Below are positions 32,271 to 43,933 of a stretch of 64,000 nt of DNA, piece after piece. The stretch covers positions 300,300 to 364,299 of the forward strand of contig CAVYBB010000002.1 of assembly GCA_963766655.1 (NCBI GenBank), read 5' to 3'. A model generated the notes under the pieces. The model had not been told where the DNA came from. It saw only the letters and a list, made by a program, of their open reading frames with translations, and did not search any database. The stretch is from an uncultured Chloroflexia bacterium (GTDB lineage: Bacteria > Chloroflexota > Limnocylindria > Limnocylindrales > CSP1-4). Position 1 is the stretch's first letter, and each line of letters starts with the position of its first letter. The position numbers and the translations under genes are program-made.

Positions 32271-33226
32271 CCGCGTCCGAGGCACCGATCGACGGCCTGG
32301 GCGCCCCGGCCTGGGGCGGCTTCGACCCTGCCCGGACAGCCGGGCGAGGCGCGACGGACGTCCTGCGCAGCTTCAGCGTGTCGGTCCGCCTCGGCTGGCA
32401 GATGGAGGCGAACTGGACCGATCCGATCCTGTTCTTCATCTACTCGGTCGCGAAACCGGTCTCGTCGGCCCTGATCCTCGTCCTGATGCTCGAGGTCGTC
32501 GCCGGCGGCGGGCGCCCCGAGTTCCGCGCATTCATCGTCATCGGCAGCGCCCTCTGGTCGTTCGTCATCTCCGGCATCTCCGGTCTCGCCTGGAGCGTCC
32601 TCGACGATCGCGAGCGCTACCGGATGCTCAAGTACGTGTATGTCAGCCCGAGCGACTTCCTGGTGGTCCTTCTCGGTCGCGGGATCGCCCGGATCGCCGT
32701 CGGCGGGGTGGGCGCGGCGATCACGCTCGCAATCGGTGTCGTCGCCCTGGGCGTCCCATTCGACATCGCGCGGGTCGACTGGGTGCTGCTCGTTCTCGTG
32801 ATGGCCCTCGGTCTCGCCGCGATCGTCGCAATCGGCATCCTCCTCGCTGCGATCTGCCTCCAGACGCGGCAGGAGGCGTGGTCGTATCCGGAGGCCGTCT
32901 CGGGCGCGCTCTTCCTCGTGAGCGGCGCCGTATTCCCGCTCATCGTCCTGCCGACGCCGCTCCAGGCGGTCGGACTGCTCACCCCCCTGAGCTGGTGGGT
33001 GGAGGGGACGCGACGGGCGCTGTTCCCGGGCGGCATGACGGCGATCGGGGGCGATGGATCGTTCTTCGCATCTGTTGCCGGAACGCCCTCGCCAAGCGGA
33101 CTTCTGATCGTCCTCGCCTTGCTGGCAACCGGGTCGTTGGCTACACTCGGGGCTATCATCGTCTTCCGGGCGAGTGATCGCCGAGCGAAGGATCGCGGGC
33201 TGCTGGACCAGACGACGGGTTCATGA
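32267..33226 (+). CDS. ABC-2 type transporter permease (second subunit)
   Basis: Six TM helices. ATGA overlap with the previous permease. Confidence 0.7.
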   Translation: MTASEAPIDGLGAPAWGGFDPARTAGRGATDVLRSFSVSVRLGWQMEANWTDPILFFIYSVAKPVSSALILVLMLEVVAGGGRPEFRAFIVIGSALWSFVISGISGLAWSVLDDRERYRMLKYVYVSPSDFLVVLLGRGIARIAVGGVGAAITLAIGVVALGVPFDIARVDWVLLVLVMALGLAAIVAIGILLAAICLQTRQEAWSYPEAVSGALFLVSGAVFPLIVLPTPLQAVGLLTPLSWWVEGTRRALFPGGMTAIGGDGSFFASVAGTPSPSGLLIVLALLATGSLATLGAIIVFRASDRRAKDRGLLDQTTGS

Positions 33227-33269
33227 GCCGTCGGGCCCGACGGGTCGGCCTGCGAACATAGGAGACCCG

Positions 33270-33806
33270 ATGCGGATCTACGAGGGAAGCCCGCGCCAGG
33301 ACTTCGAGGAAGTCTTTCGGTCGATCGGCGCGTTCATCGACCAGCGTGGGATGCACGAGATCCTGCTCGTCGAGGCACCGGACGGCTTCATCGTCCAGGG
33401 AATCGTCGTCGCCGGAGCGGCCGGCGGCACCTGGTCCGAGTCGGTGGGCACCCAGTCGAAGGAGACACTGACGTTCCTCGACGACGACATCGCCCGCTTC
33501 ATGGAGGAGTCGGTCGCACGCCGTGGCCGCCCCGTTCCCGAACCCGAGCGGGAGGCGGGCTACTACGAGACGGCGTTCCGCGTCCTCGGCCGCTACATGG
33601 ACGAGCAGAAGCCGAAGGACGTCTTCTTCTTCGAGCAGGACGGGGCCTTCGTCGTCAGGCTGCTGATGACCGGCACCGTCGGCGGCAAGCACGTCCTCGC
33701 GGAGTTCACCCGTGACGACATCAACGAGATGGTCACGCGCGGCCCGGCTCTGCGCCATCCGGATACGGCAGCCAAGCCCGGCGCCCCGGCCCCGACGGGC
33801 CCCTAG
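33270..33806 (+). CDS. Hypothetical protein with an internal tandem duplication
   Basis: RBS AGGAGA upstream. The two halves are similar: ILLVEAPDGFIVQGIVVAGAAGG...LTFLDDDIARFMEE versus VFFFEQDGAFVVRLLMTGTVGG...EFTRDDINEMV. Confidence 0.5.
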   Translation: MRIYEGSPRQDFEEVFRSIGAFIDQRGMHEILLVEAPDGFIVQGIVVAGAAGGTWSESVGTQSKETLTFLDDDIARFMEESVARRGRPVPEPEREAGYYETAFRVLGRYMDEQKPKDVFFFEQDGAFVVRLLMTGTVGGKHVLAEFTRDDINEMVTRGPALRHPDTAAKPGAPAPTGP

Positions 33807-33854
33807 AGTCGCTTCCCAACCCGCGTCCATCACCCGTAACAGGAGGTAGATCCC

Positions 33855-34010
33855 ATGAAGGCTCTCAAGACCGTCGCCGTGGCCCTCGGCATCACGCTGG
33901 CCGCGCTCATCGTCATCCCGCTCGTGGTTCTCGCCGGGCTGTTCGTCTGGCTGAAGATCACCGAGGAAGCGGACGAGGAGATCCTCGAGCTCGATCGAGA
34001 AGGCGCCTGA
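33855..34010 (+). CDS. Small single-TM protein (51 aa)
   Basis: AGGAGG SD 8 nt upstream of the ATG. The product MKALKTVAVALGITLAALIVIPLVVLAGLFVWLKITEEADEEILELDREGA has a hydrophobic helix and an acidic tail. It is below the ORF-track size cutoff. Confidence 0.4.
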   Translation: MKALKTVAVALGITLAALIVIPLVVLAGLFVWLKITEEADEEILELDREGA

Positions 34011-34172
34011 AACTTCGGGCCAGCGGCGTCGCCGAGCTCCGCCCTGGACCCGGTGAGCGAGAACGGTTCGCGCTGAGGATGTCGACCCAGTAACGCCCGC
34101 CGGCCGACAGCGGCGGGCGTCACTTCGTCCCCCGCCGACCGACGCTTCGCCGAGATCGGCGTCCTCGTCGTC

Positions 34173-35048
34173 ATGTTCCTGTGGGCGGGGAACTTCATCG
34201 TCGTCAAGTCGGCCGTCGCCGTCCTGCCGCCGATCGGCTTCACGTTCCTCCGGTTTCTCCTCGCCTCGATCACGCTCCTGGTCCTCCTCCGCTGGCGGGA
34301 GGGGACGATCGGGATGCCACGGCGAGACATGCTGGCCATCCTCGCCCTCGGCGCCCTCGGCTTCGGTGTCTACCAGATGCTGTGGACGACCGGGCTCACG
34401 ACGGTCGCGGCCGGCGACTCTGCCCTGATCATTGCCGCCACCCCGGTGCTGGTCGCGCTGCTGGCCGTCGTCGCCCGTTCCGACGTCCTCACCCGCGTCA
34501 AGCTGGCGGGCGTCCTCATCTCGTTCGCCGGTGTCGCGATCGTGATCGCCTCCGGTCCCGGCCTGTCGCTCGGAGGGTCGCTCGCCGGTGAGGCGATCAC
34601 GCTCCTTGCCGCGGCCTGCTGGTCCGTCTACACGGCCTTCGGCGCGCCGTTTCTCCAGCGCTACTCGCCGCTCCGGGCGACGACATGGGCGACCGTCGCC
34701 GGAACGGCGCTGCTCGCCCCGGTCGCCATCGTCCAGCTGTCCACCATCGATCCGGCGTCGTTCACAGCGGAGGTCGGCGGGGCGATCCTCTATTCGGGCC
34801 TCCTGTCGGCCGGTATTTCGAACGTCGTCGTCCTGCACGGTGTCAAGGTCGTCGGGCCGACCCGGACCGCGGCGTTCCAGTTCCTCATCCCGGCCCTCGC
34901 CGTCGGTCTCGCGGCGCTCCTTCTGCGCGAGCCGATCCGAGCGGGCCAGGTCGTCGGCGGGCTCGTGATCGTCGCCGGCGTGCTGCTCACGCGCCGCGGC
35001 CGCCTCTCGCTCGCCATGCCCAGGAGGCGGCAAGAGCGCCTTGGATGA
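34173..35048 (+). CDS. EamA/DMT-family transporter
   Basis: Ten TM helices with two EamA repeats. No in-frame alternative start exists upstream before the stop at 34074. Confidence 0.7.
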   Translation: MFLWAGNFIVVKSAVAVLPPIGFTFLRFLLASITLLVLLRWREGTIGMPRRDMLAILALGALGFGVYQMLWTTGLTTVAAGDSALIIAATPVLVALLAVVARSDVLTRVKLAGVLISFAGVAIVIASGPGLSLGGSLAGEAITLLAAACWSVYTAFGAPFLQRYSPLRATTWATVAGTALLAPVAIVQLSTIDPASFTAEVGGAILYSGLLSAGISNVVVLHGVKVVGPTRTAAFQFLIPALAVGLAALLLREPIRAGQVVGGLVIVAGVLLTRRGRLSLAMPRRRQERLG

Positions 35049-35072
35049 TGTCACTAGTGATATCATGGCAGC

Positions 35073-35298
35073 ATGAAATCGCACCACATTCACGCTCGAC
35101 GACGACGTTCGACATCGACTTCGACGCCTCGCCGCTGAGCGCGGCGTGTCGATGGCGACGATCATTCGCGAGGCGATCGACGAGAAGGTCGAGGGACTGG
35201 CGCCGAGGCCGCGCAGCCTCGGCATCGGCGCGTCCGGCACGACGGACACGGCGCGGCAGAGCGGCGACAAGCGTCCCGAGCCTCGCGCGTGGCGCTGA
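35073..35298 (+). pseudogene. vapB: VapB-like ribbon-helix-helix (CopG) antitoxin with an apparent +1 frameshift right after the start
   Basis: The body TTFTLDDDVRHRLRRLAAERGVSMATIIREAIDEKV is a classic RHH antitoxin. ATG at 35073 is in frame 0 and the body in frame 1; an extra C in cgcaCCacatt would restore MKSHTFTLDDD. Overlaps vapC by 10 nt. Confidence 0.5.
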
Positions 35299-35705
35299 TC
35301 CTGGACACGGGTCCGCTGTACGCGTCGCTCGACCGCTCGGACGCTGACCACGGCGCGTGTCGCGCCCTGATCGAAGGGGCAGACGAACCGCTCGTGATCC
35401 CGGCACCCGTGCTCGTCGAGGTCGACTACTGGATCCACCAGCGGCTCCACCCGGGCGCGCTGGTGGCCCTCCTCGCCGACATCGAAGACGGCGCGTATGT
35501 CGTGGCGGATCTCGTCGTGTCCGACTACGCCCGGGTCCGCGAGCTCTGCGACAGGTACGCCGACTCCGACATCGGATTTGTCGACGCGGCCGTCCTCGCC
35601 GTCGTGGAGCGGTTGAACGAACCCAAGCTGGCGACGCTCGATCGCCGCCACTTCGGCTTGCTGCGGCCGCGCCATCGGGAGTCGATCGAGCTCCTGCCGG
35701 CCTGA
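35289..35705 (+). CDS. vapC: PIN-domain toxin VapC
   Basis: PIN acidic residues (ILDTGPL...D...D). GTG start overlaps the vapB 3' end. Confidence 0.8.
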   Translation: MALILDTGPLYASLDRSDADHGACRALIEGADEPLVIPAPVLVEVDYWIHQRLHPGALVALLADIEDGAYVVADLVVSDYARVRELCDRYADSDIGFVDAAVLAVVERLNEPKLATLDRRHFGLLRPRHRESIELLPA

Positions 35706-35726
35706 GCCGTTGGCCAGATCGGGTTG

Positions 35727-37468
<1,742 letters not shown>

Positions 37469-37760
37469 TCATCCGATCTCGTACGGCGCGCAACGCTCAA
37501 GTCCGCCGAGATCGCCCCGCCTCCCGGCCGCCTCCGACGAATCGCCGATCTCGCACGGCGCCCCAGAGCCCCCTCCCGTGGTGCGATTTCGAGATAGTTC
37601 CAAGCAAGCGGAATGATTTCGCTTGGTCGGAACTACCGGGATTCCGCGTTTTCCGGGACCCAACTCGCCAGGCGTTCGATCTCGGACGATCCGTGCGTAG
37701 GGGACGAGCCTCGATCCGGCGTAGAATTGGGCGACTGTCCCACGCCCCAGGAGCGCCCGA

Positions 37761-38426
37761 ATGAAGATCTTCCTCGACACCGCCGACATCGAAGAGATCC
37801 GGATCGTCGCGCGCTGGGGCGTGCTCGACGGCGTGACGACGAACCCGACGCTCTTCGCCAAGACCAGCGGCGCGACGTACGAGGAGGTCCTCAAGGAGAT
37901 CTGCACGATCACGAGCGGACCGGTCTCGGCGGAGGTCGTCGCCGAGGACGTCGAGGGGATGCTCAGCGAGGGCCGGGCGTTCGCCAAGCTCGCCCCGAAC
38001 ATCGTCGTCAAGGTCCCGATGAGCGAGGAGGGCCTCGAGGCGATCAGCCGGTTCGCGGACGAGGGCATCAAGACCAACTGCACGCTGATCTTCACGGCGA
38101 ACCAGGGGCTCCTCGCCGCGAAGGCCGGCGCCTCGCTCCTCAGCCCGTTCGTCGGGCGGCTCGACGACATCAACCAGGACGGGATGATCGTGATCCGCGA
38201 GCTCGTCGAGATCGTCGAGATCCACGAGCTGGACACCGAAGTCCTCGCGGCCTCGATCCGGAATCCGCTCCACATGACCCAGGCCGCCCTGGCGGGCGCT
38301 CACGTCGCGACGATCCCATTCAAGGTTCTTCGACAGATGGTCCACCACCCGCTCACCGACTCGGGGATCATCCAGTTCCGGGCCGACTGGGAGAAGGCGC
38401 GCCAGGCGCTCGCCGCCAAGGCCTGA
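37761..38426 (+). CDS. Short-type transaldolase / fructose-6-phosphate aldolase (TalC/Fsa family)
   Basis: MKIFLDTADIEEIR...GVTTNPTLF, the lysine region IVVKVP; 221 aa. AGGAGC as RBS. Confidence 0.8.
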   Translation: MKIFLDTADIEEIRIVARWGVLDGVTTNPTLFAKTSGATYEEVLKEICTITSGPVSAEVVAEDVEGMLSEGRAFAKLAPNIVVKVPMSEEGLEAISRFADEGIKTNCTLIFTANQGLLAAKAGASLLSPFVGRLDDINQDGMIVIRELVEIVEIHELDTEVLAASIRNPLHMTQAALAGAHVATIPFKVLRQMVHHPLTDSGIIQFRADWEKARQALAAKA

Positions 38427-38447
38427 CCCGGGCGCCGCGCGGTTGGC

Positions 38448-39554
38448 CTAGGCTGGGCGCGCGTCCGGGTCTGGGAGCACCACGTCGCGGACGGCCCCGA
38501 CGAGGTCGTGATACGACTTGATGAACCCGCGCAGGGTTCGGACGGTCGCGCCGTAGCCGTCGAACTCGTCGACCGTCAGACCGGTGGGCTCGTAGGCCCG
38601 CCTGAAGTCCGGGATACGGTCGAGCAGATCCTGGACCAGTGCGGGATCCACCGGTTCGTCGATCCGTGTCTCGGGCGTGACCCCGCTCCCGTTGAACCGC
38701 TCCTGCCAGGCATGGGTCATCGTCAGGATGACGTCGCCTCCGACGAGCTCGGTCCAGTGGAGCCGGTGCCGGTATGCCGCGGCAAGCAGCCGGGTCCGAT
38801 AGCCGCGCTCCTGGAACACGCCGTACGCCCGCTTGAACGCCGCGATCCCCGCCCAGTTGAGTGCGTCGGGGTGGACGGCGATCTCATCACGATCCGCGAC
38901 GACCCGCATCCAGTCGTCCAGGCGGCCGATCATCATCGTGCAGACGGGCGTGACGGCGGTCGGGTCCGCCCCGCGCGCGGCCAGGGCATCGAGGCCCCGC
39001 TCGACCGCGTCGGCGACCGCGATGGCCTGCGCGACCGTGAAGCACACGGTGGCATTGATGCTGACGCCGGCAGCCGTCGCCTGCTCGACGGCCTCGATCC
39101 CGGCTCGCGTGGCCGGAAACTTCACCTGGATGTTCGGGGCGAGGCTCGCGAACCGGATCCCCTGTTCGAGCATGCGCTCGGTATTCGTGTAGTCCGCCGG
39201 GTTCGTCTGCAGCGACAGCCGGCCCTTGCGGCCGGCCTCCCGTACGAAGACCGGCTCGAGAACGCCTGCACCGCGCACGGCCATCTCCTCGATGACGGCC
39301 CAGGTGAGGTCGGTCTCGGTCCAGGAAGGGTTGGCTGCGGCAAGGTCCGTGATCCGCGGAACCCAGTGGGCGCGCTCCTTGCGCAGCACCTCGAGCACGA
39401 TGCTCGGGTTCGACGTGGCGCCGGTGGCCCCGCGGGCGACGGCATACTCGAGCTCGTCGCGGGCGCATGAATCGTTCCAGTAGTCGGTCGGCCGATCGGT
39501 GACCGTTCGAAGCATCGGGCAGTCGATGAGGCCCAGCGGGGCGACAGCTGTCAC
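38448..39554 (-). CDS. tal: Transaldolase (long, ~368 aa type)
   Basis: TSNPSI, FPAT and active-site Lys context IQVKFPAT. GTG start with GGAGGGA as RBS. Confidence 0.8.
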   Translation of the reverse strand: MTAVAPLGLIDCPMLRTVTDRPTDYWNDSCARDELEYAVARGATGATSNPSIVLEVLRKERAHWVPRITDLAAANPSWTETDLTWAVIEEMAVRGAGVLEPVFVREAGRKGRLSLQTNPADYTNTERMLEQGIRFASLAPNIQVKFPATRAGIEAVEQATAAGVSINATVCFTVAQAIAVADAVERGLDALAARGADPTAVTPVCTMMIGRLDDWMRVVADRDEIAVHPDALNWAGIAAFKRAYGVFQERGYRTRLLAAAYRHRLHWTELVGGDVILTMTHAWQERFNGSGVTPETRIDEPVDPALVQDLLDRIPDFRRAYEPTGLTVDEFDGYGATVRTLRGFIKSYHDLVGAVRDVVLPDPDARPA

Positions 39555-39665
39555 CGTGTCCCTCCTGAAGGAGGTCGCGCAATGGCGACGCAGGCATCAT
39601 AATCGATCATCGATAACACGCCAACGTGACGGCGGGAATCCAGGAGAACCCTCGGAGGGCCAACC

Positions 39666-41450
39666 GTGGCAGCGAAAGAGGAGATCCTCGGCCAGTTCCT
39701 GGGAGACGCGACGTTCCCGGTGGCCTGGGAGTCCGAGGTCGAGAAGGACTTCTTCTGGGTCTACGACGACCTGCACTGCCCGCATCCGGTCAGCCCGATG
39801 TTCTTCGACATCGGTGGGTGGTGGCTCAGCTGCGATCACATGTTCCGGCGCTTCGGGACGCCGTTCGCGGTCGATTGGCTGGCCAAGAACGTCAACGGCT
39901 ACGTGTACACCACGGCCATTCCGGCCGACCCGGAGTTGCGCATCGACGCGACCGAATACAGCGCCCGGTATGGCGCCCGGGTGCCGCGCGACGCGGCCTT
40001 CGCAACGACGATGGGCGCCTACCTCGACACGGTCCTGCCGATCTACGGCCGGGACTTCGCGGACTGGTGGCGGGATCGCCTGCGCCCCGAGATGGAGCGC
40101 AACTTCGCCTTCCTCGAGGCACGGCTCGACGAAGCCGACGGGATGAGCCTGGCCGACGTCGCCTGCCTCCTCGAAGACGCCATCGACGTCCACGATCGGC
40201 ACTGGAAGATCCACTGGATGCTCAATTTCGCCCAGCTGTCGGCGACGCTCGACCTGCGGGCGGTCATGGAACGGACCCGTGGCGGCGTCGACGAGCAACT
40301 CCTGGGGCGACTCCAGAATTCCGCCTCCGACCGCAACTGGGACTCGATCGAGGCCCTCTGGCGCATGAAGAACGACGTGCGCGACGACGCCGAGCTCCGG
40401 GCCGCGTTCGCGCCCGACGACGTGGCCGAGATCCGCCGATCCCTCGCCGCCTCCGAACGCGGCCGGCGGTTCATCGACGAGCGGCTCGAGCCCTACCAGC
40501 GCGAGTTCGGCTGGCACGCCGTCTGGAGCCACGAATTCATCTTCCCGACCGTCCGCGAGCAGATGGGGCCGGTCATCGAGCTCGTTCGAGATTACCTGCG
40601 GACGGACTACGACTTTCCCAGCGCGATCGAGGCGATGCGGCTCGACATCGCGGCCGCGTCGCGCGAGATCCTCGACGGCCTGACCGGCGAGGCGCTCGAG
40701 GAGATGCGCGCGGCGAACGCCGTCAACCTGCGGATGGCGCCCCTCACGCCGGACCATCACTTCTACATCGACCAGGGGGCGAACGCCCACGTCCGCCTCG
40801 TCCTCATGGCGGTCGGCCGGAAGCTCGTCGATGCCGGTCGCCTCGACGTGCCGGACGACGTGATGTACCTGCGCTACAACGAGTTGCGCGCGCTCATCGG
40901 CAGCGCGACGGCGCTCGATGCCCGGGCGATCGTCGCCGGACGCCGGCTCGAGCGGGAAGCCGCCGCGGGCCTTCAGCCGCGTGACTGGGTCGGCACGGTC
41001 ACCCCGTCGCAACTGGCCTTCCCGTATCTCGTCAACTGGGGCTACCCGGATCGCTTCTACCAGAAGCAGTCGGACGACCAGCTGCTGATCACGGGCCTCG
41101 GCGCGTCCCCGGGGGTCATCGAGGGCATCGCCCGGGTCGTGCGCACGATCGACGAGTTCGACGAGGTGCGCGACGGTGACATTCTCGTGTGCCAGATGAC
41201 GAACCCCGCCTGGGTCGTGCTCTTCACGAAGATCGCCGGTCTCGTCACCGATACCGGAGGCACCACCTCGCACCCGGCGGTCCTCGCCCGCGAATTCGGG
41301 ATTCCCGCGGTCATCGGCACCTCGGTTGCGACCCAGAGGATCGTCACCGGCGACCACCTGAGGCTCGACGGGACGGCAGGGCGGGTGGAGATCCTGCGCG
41401 GCGAGCCTGCCGGATCGGCCGGCGGGCCGGCCACGGCAGTCGGGCTCTGA
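39666..41450 (+). CDS. PEP-utilizing-enzyme family protein (N-terminal domain of unknown function plus C-terminal swivelling phospho-His domain)
   Basis: C-terminal mobile domain GLVTDTGGTTSHPAVLAREFGIPAVIG (PEP-utilizers His motif). The N-terminal ~420 aa has no ATP-grasp signature. First gene of an 8-gene operon. Confidence 0.65.
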   Translation: MAAKEEILGQFLGDATFPVAWESEVEKDFFWVYDDLHCPHPVSPMFFDIGGWWLSCDHMFRRFGTPFAVDWLAKNVNGYVYTTAIPADPELRIDATEYSARYGARVPRDAAFATTMGAYLDTVLPIYGRDFADWWRDRLRPEMERNFAFLEARLDEADGMSLADVACLLEDAIDVHDRHWKIHWMLNFAQLSATLDLRAVMERTRGGVDEQLLGRLQNSASDRNWDSIEALWRMKNDVRDDAELRAAFAPDDVAEIRRSLAASERGRRFIDERLEPYQREFGWHAVWSHEFIFPTVREQMGPVIELVRDYLRTDYDFPSAIEAMRLDIAAASREILDGLTGEALEEMRAANAVNLRMAPLTPDHHFYIDQGANAHVRLVLMAVGRKLVDAGRLDVPDDVMYLRYNELRALIGSATALDARAIVAGRRLEREAAAGLQPRDWVGTVTPSQLAFPYLVNWGYPDRFYQKQSDDQLLITGLGASPGVIEGIARVVRTIDEFDEVRDGDILVCQMTNPAWVVLFTKIAGLVTDTGGTTSHPAVLAREFGIPAVIGTSVATQRIVTGDHLRLDGTAGRVEILRGEPAGSAGGPATAVGL

Positions 41451-41463
41451 AGGCGGTTCGGAC

Positions 41464-42168
41464 ATGACGATCGCGCGCGCACTCTCGCGCAGCGTCCTGG
41501 CCGACCAGGTCAAGGAGCGGATCCTGGAAGGGATCCTCAACGGTCACTACCCACTGGATTCGCGGATCGTCGAGACCCAGATCGCCCGCGAGCTCGGGAC
41601 GAGCCAGGCACCGGTCCGCGAGGCACTGCGCGGGCTCGAGGCGATCGGCGTCGTCGAGATCACCCCGTTCCGCGGCGCCAGGGTCCGCCGCCCGTCCCGG
41701 CGCGAGATCATCGAGGCCTACGCCGTCAGGTCGACCCTCGAGGCGCTGGCCGCCCGCCTGGCGGTGTCCCGGATGACCGACCAGGATCTCGTCGAGCTTG
41801 CCGGCGATCACGAGGCCATGCAGGCCGCGGCTCGCGCCGGCGACGGTCACCGCGTGGCCGAGGCCGATGCCCGCTTCCACCGTCGAATCGTCGAGATCGC
41901 CGGCAGCGGGACGCTGGAAAAGGTCTGGCACTCGCTCGAGCCCTTCTCGCGGACGTACATCACGCTGGTCGCCCCGGGGGCCGACCCGCAGTGGTCGGCG
42001 GACCTCCACGCCCCGATCGTCGCGGCCCTCGAACGCCGCGACACCGACGCGGTCGTGGAAGCCCTCCAGAAACACTTCGACGACATCAGCGACAACATGT
42101 CCCGGCGCTGGCCGGACGATGAAACGACGGAGGTCGTCAACCTCCCCGGAAACCGAAGGAACGCATGA
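41464..42168 (+). CDS. GntR-family (FadR/FCD subfamily) transcriptional regulator
   Basis: N-terminal wHTH (LDSRIVETQIARELGTSQAPVREALRGLEAIGVVE) and a C-terminal FCD domain. Confidence 0.8.
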   Translation: MTIARALSRSVLADQVKERILEGILNGHYPLDSRIVETQIARELGTSQAPVREALRGLEAIGVVEITPFRGARVRRPSRREIIEAYAVRSTLEALAARLAVSRMTDQDLVELAGDHEAMQAAARAGDGHRVAEADARFHRRIVEIAGSGTLEKVWHSLEPFSRTYITLVAPGADPQWSADLHAPIVAALERRDTDAVVEALQKHFDDISDNMSRRWPDDETTEVVNLPGNRRNA

Positions 42169-43052
42169 CCTCCACCTTGCAGCTATCGGAGGAGATGTCG
42201 GCGGGTCCCGCGCGTCTCCGTGTCGACGTCCACGGCGCCGAGCCGCTCGAACATGTCCTCGACGACCTGACCTTCCTCAACTACCGCCTCGCAGACGTTC
42301 GCATCTCGCCCGACGTCACGCTCGCCGAGCCCGACATCGTCTGGCACCAGGATGCCGCCAAGGGAATCTCCTACGACGGCCATCGGATGACCTTCAGCGG
42401 GCCATGGCCGGCCGGCCCGATCCAGAAGGTGGTCGTCACGATGCTGGCCCTCCGGATGGAGGCGGCCGGCCTTCATCCGTTCCATGCCTCGGCGGTTCGC
42501 TATCGCGACCGGACGGTGCTCTTTCTCGGTGGCGAGTCGAACCACGGCAAGTCAATGGGCCAGATCGAGGCATGCCGCCGGGGGGCGATGCTCGTCTCGA
42601 CCGAGACCACGGTCATCGACGAAACCGGTCGGGCCGTCGTCGGATCCAGGCAGCCGTTCCTCAAGAAGCGCACGGAGGGTACCGAGCGGGCCGACAAGGC
42701 GGCGCCGGACCGCGCCGTCGAGAAGTTCTTCGGCGAGCTGCCGAGCTGGCAGATCTACGACGAGCCGAGCAACGTCGACGTCGTCATCGTCCCCGCGATC
42801 GACGGCAACTTCGACCCGTCGAGCGCCGACATGATCCCGTTCGAGCGCCAGTTCCAGACGTTCCACTCGGTCCAGAACTACCTCCTGCTGAACGAGTTGC
42901 TCGCCCCCGGCTTTCCGATGCCGGTCGTCGACACGGATCCGCTCCGCGCGGCGCGCGGCGACTTCGTCCGCCGGTTCTCGGAGCGTCCCTACTTCTTCGT
43001 CCGGGCTGCCTCCCCGCAGGTGCTCCTGGACGAGGTGGATCGGGTGCTCTAG
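42165..43052 (+). CDS. HPr kinase/phosphorylase C-terminal-domain-like P-loop protein
   Basis: LHPFHASAVRYRDRTVLFLGGESNHGKSMGQIEACRRGAMLVSTETTVID matches the HprK-like P-loop (GxSGxGKS...G..LV.D). ATGA overlap with the GntR gene. Confidence 0.5.
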   Translation: MTSTLQLSEEMSAGPARLRVDVHGAEPLEHVLDDLTFLNYRLADVRISPDVTLAEPDIVWHQDAAKGISYDGHRMTFSGPWPAGPIQKVVVTMLALRMEAAGLHPFHASAVRYRDRTVLFLGGESNHGKSMGQIEACRRGAMLVSTETTVIDETGRAVVGSRQPFLKKRTEGTERADKAAPDRAVEKFFGELPSWQIYDEPSNVDVVIVPAIDGNFDPSSADMIPFERQFQTFHSVQNYLLLNELLAPGFPMPVVDTDPLRAARGDFVRRFSERPYFFVRAASPQVLLDEVDRVL

Positions 43053-43060
43053 GCCGGACC

Positions 43061-43933
43061 ATGCGAGCCTTTGCCTACGAGCGACCGGCCAGCCTCGGCG
43101 ATGCCGTCGCCCTGCTCGGCGACCATGGTCCCGAGGCGCGGGTGCTCGCCGGGGGCACGGACCTGATCATCCGGCTCAGGGACGGATCGATCCAGCCCCG
43201 GATCGTGGTCGACATCAAGCGGATCGCCGAGCTCGACGGGGAGATCCGCGATGACGCCAGCCAGGTGGTGATCGGGGCGCGGGCGGTCATGACGGACATC
43301 GCCGCGGACGAGCGCATCCGGCGCGATTACGAGGCCCTCGCCGAGGCCGCGTCCGTCGTTGGTGCGGTCCAGATCCGGAACCGGGCGACCCTTGCCGGCA
43401 ACGTCTGCAACGCGTCGCCGGCGGCGGACACGGCGCCGGCCCTCCTCGTCTACGGCGCCCGCGTCGTCGCGGCAGGTCCCGAGGGGATCCGGCGGATCCC
43501 GATCGACGAGTTCTTCGTCCGGTCGGGCGTCACGACGCTGGCCCGTGGGGAGCTCGTCACGGCGATCGAGCTGCCGCGCCCGGCGGGCCGTCGGGGAGCC
43601 GTCCACGTGCGACGGACCCGGCGCCGGGGCCACGACCTCGCCTCGGTCACCCTGGCATGCGCGGTCCTCGCCGACGGGGTCACCCGGCTGGCCTACGGCA
43701 GCATGGGCCCCCGGCCGGTCCTCGTCGTCGACGAGAGCGGCCTCCTCGCCGATCCCGCGGCGCCGGATCTCGCGAAGATGCAGCGACTCGAGGAGTTGTT
43801 CGTCGATGCCAGCCCGTCCGCCCGATCGATGCGGGCGAGCCCGGACTACCGCCTGGCGATGCTGCACGTCCTCGGGCTCCGGGCGATCGGCACCGCGATC
43901 GACCGCCTCGCCGAGGAGCCCGTCCGGCGATGA
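43061..43933 (+). CDS. Xanthine dehydrogenase/CO dehydrogenase-family FAD-binding subunit (CoxM/XdhB-like)
   Basis: FAD_binding_5 motifs (AGGTDLI, TLAGNVCNASPAAD). 290 aa. Confidence 0.8.
   Translation: MRAFAYERPASLGDAVALLGDHGPEARVLAGGTDLIIRLRDGSIQPRIVVDIKRIAELDGEIRDDASQVVIGARAVMTDIAADERIRRDYEALAEAASVVGAVQIRNRATLAGNVCNASPAADTAPALLVYGARVVAAGPEGIRRIPIDEFFVRSGVTTLARGELVTAIELPRPAGRRGAVHVRRTRRRGHDLASVTLACAVLADGVTRLAYGSMGPRPVLVVDESGLLADPAAPDLAKMQRLEELFVDASPSARSMRASPDYRLAMLHVLGLRAIGTAIDRLAEEPVRR

Noticed and set aside
34685-35347. A 220-aa plus-strand ORF spanning the EamA 3' end and the vapB region
   Set aside because: It is a third-frame read-through with junk composition. vapB (with a +1 shift) and vapC explain the region.
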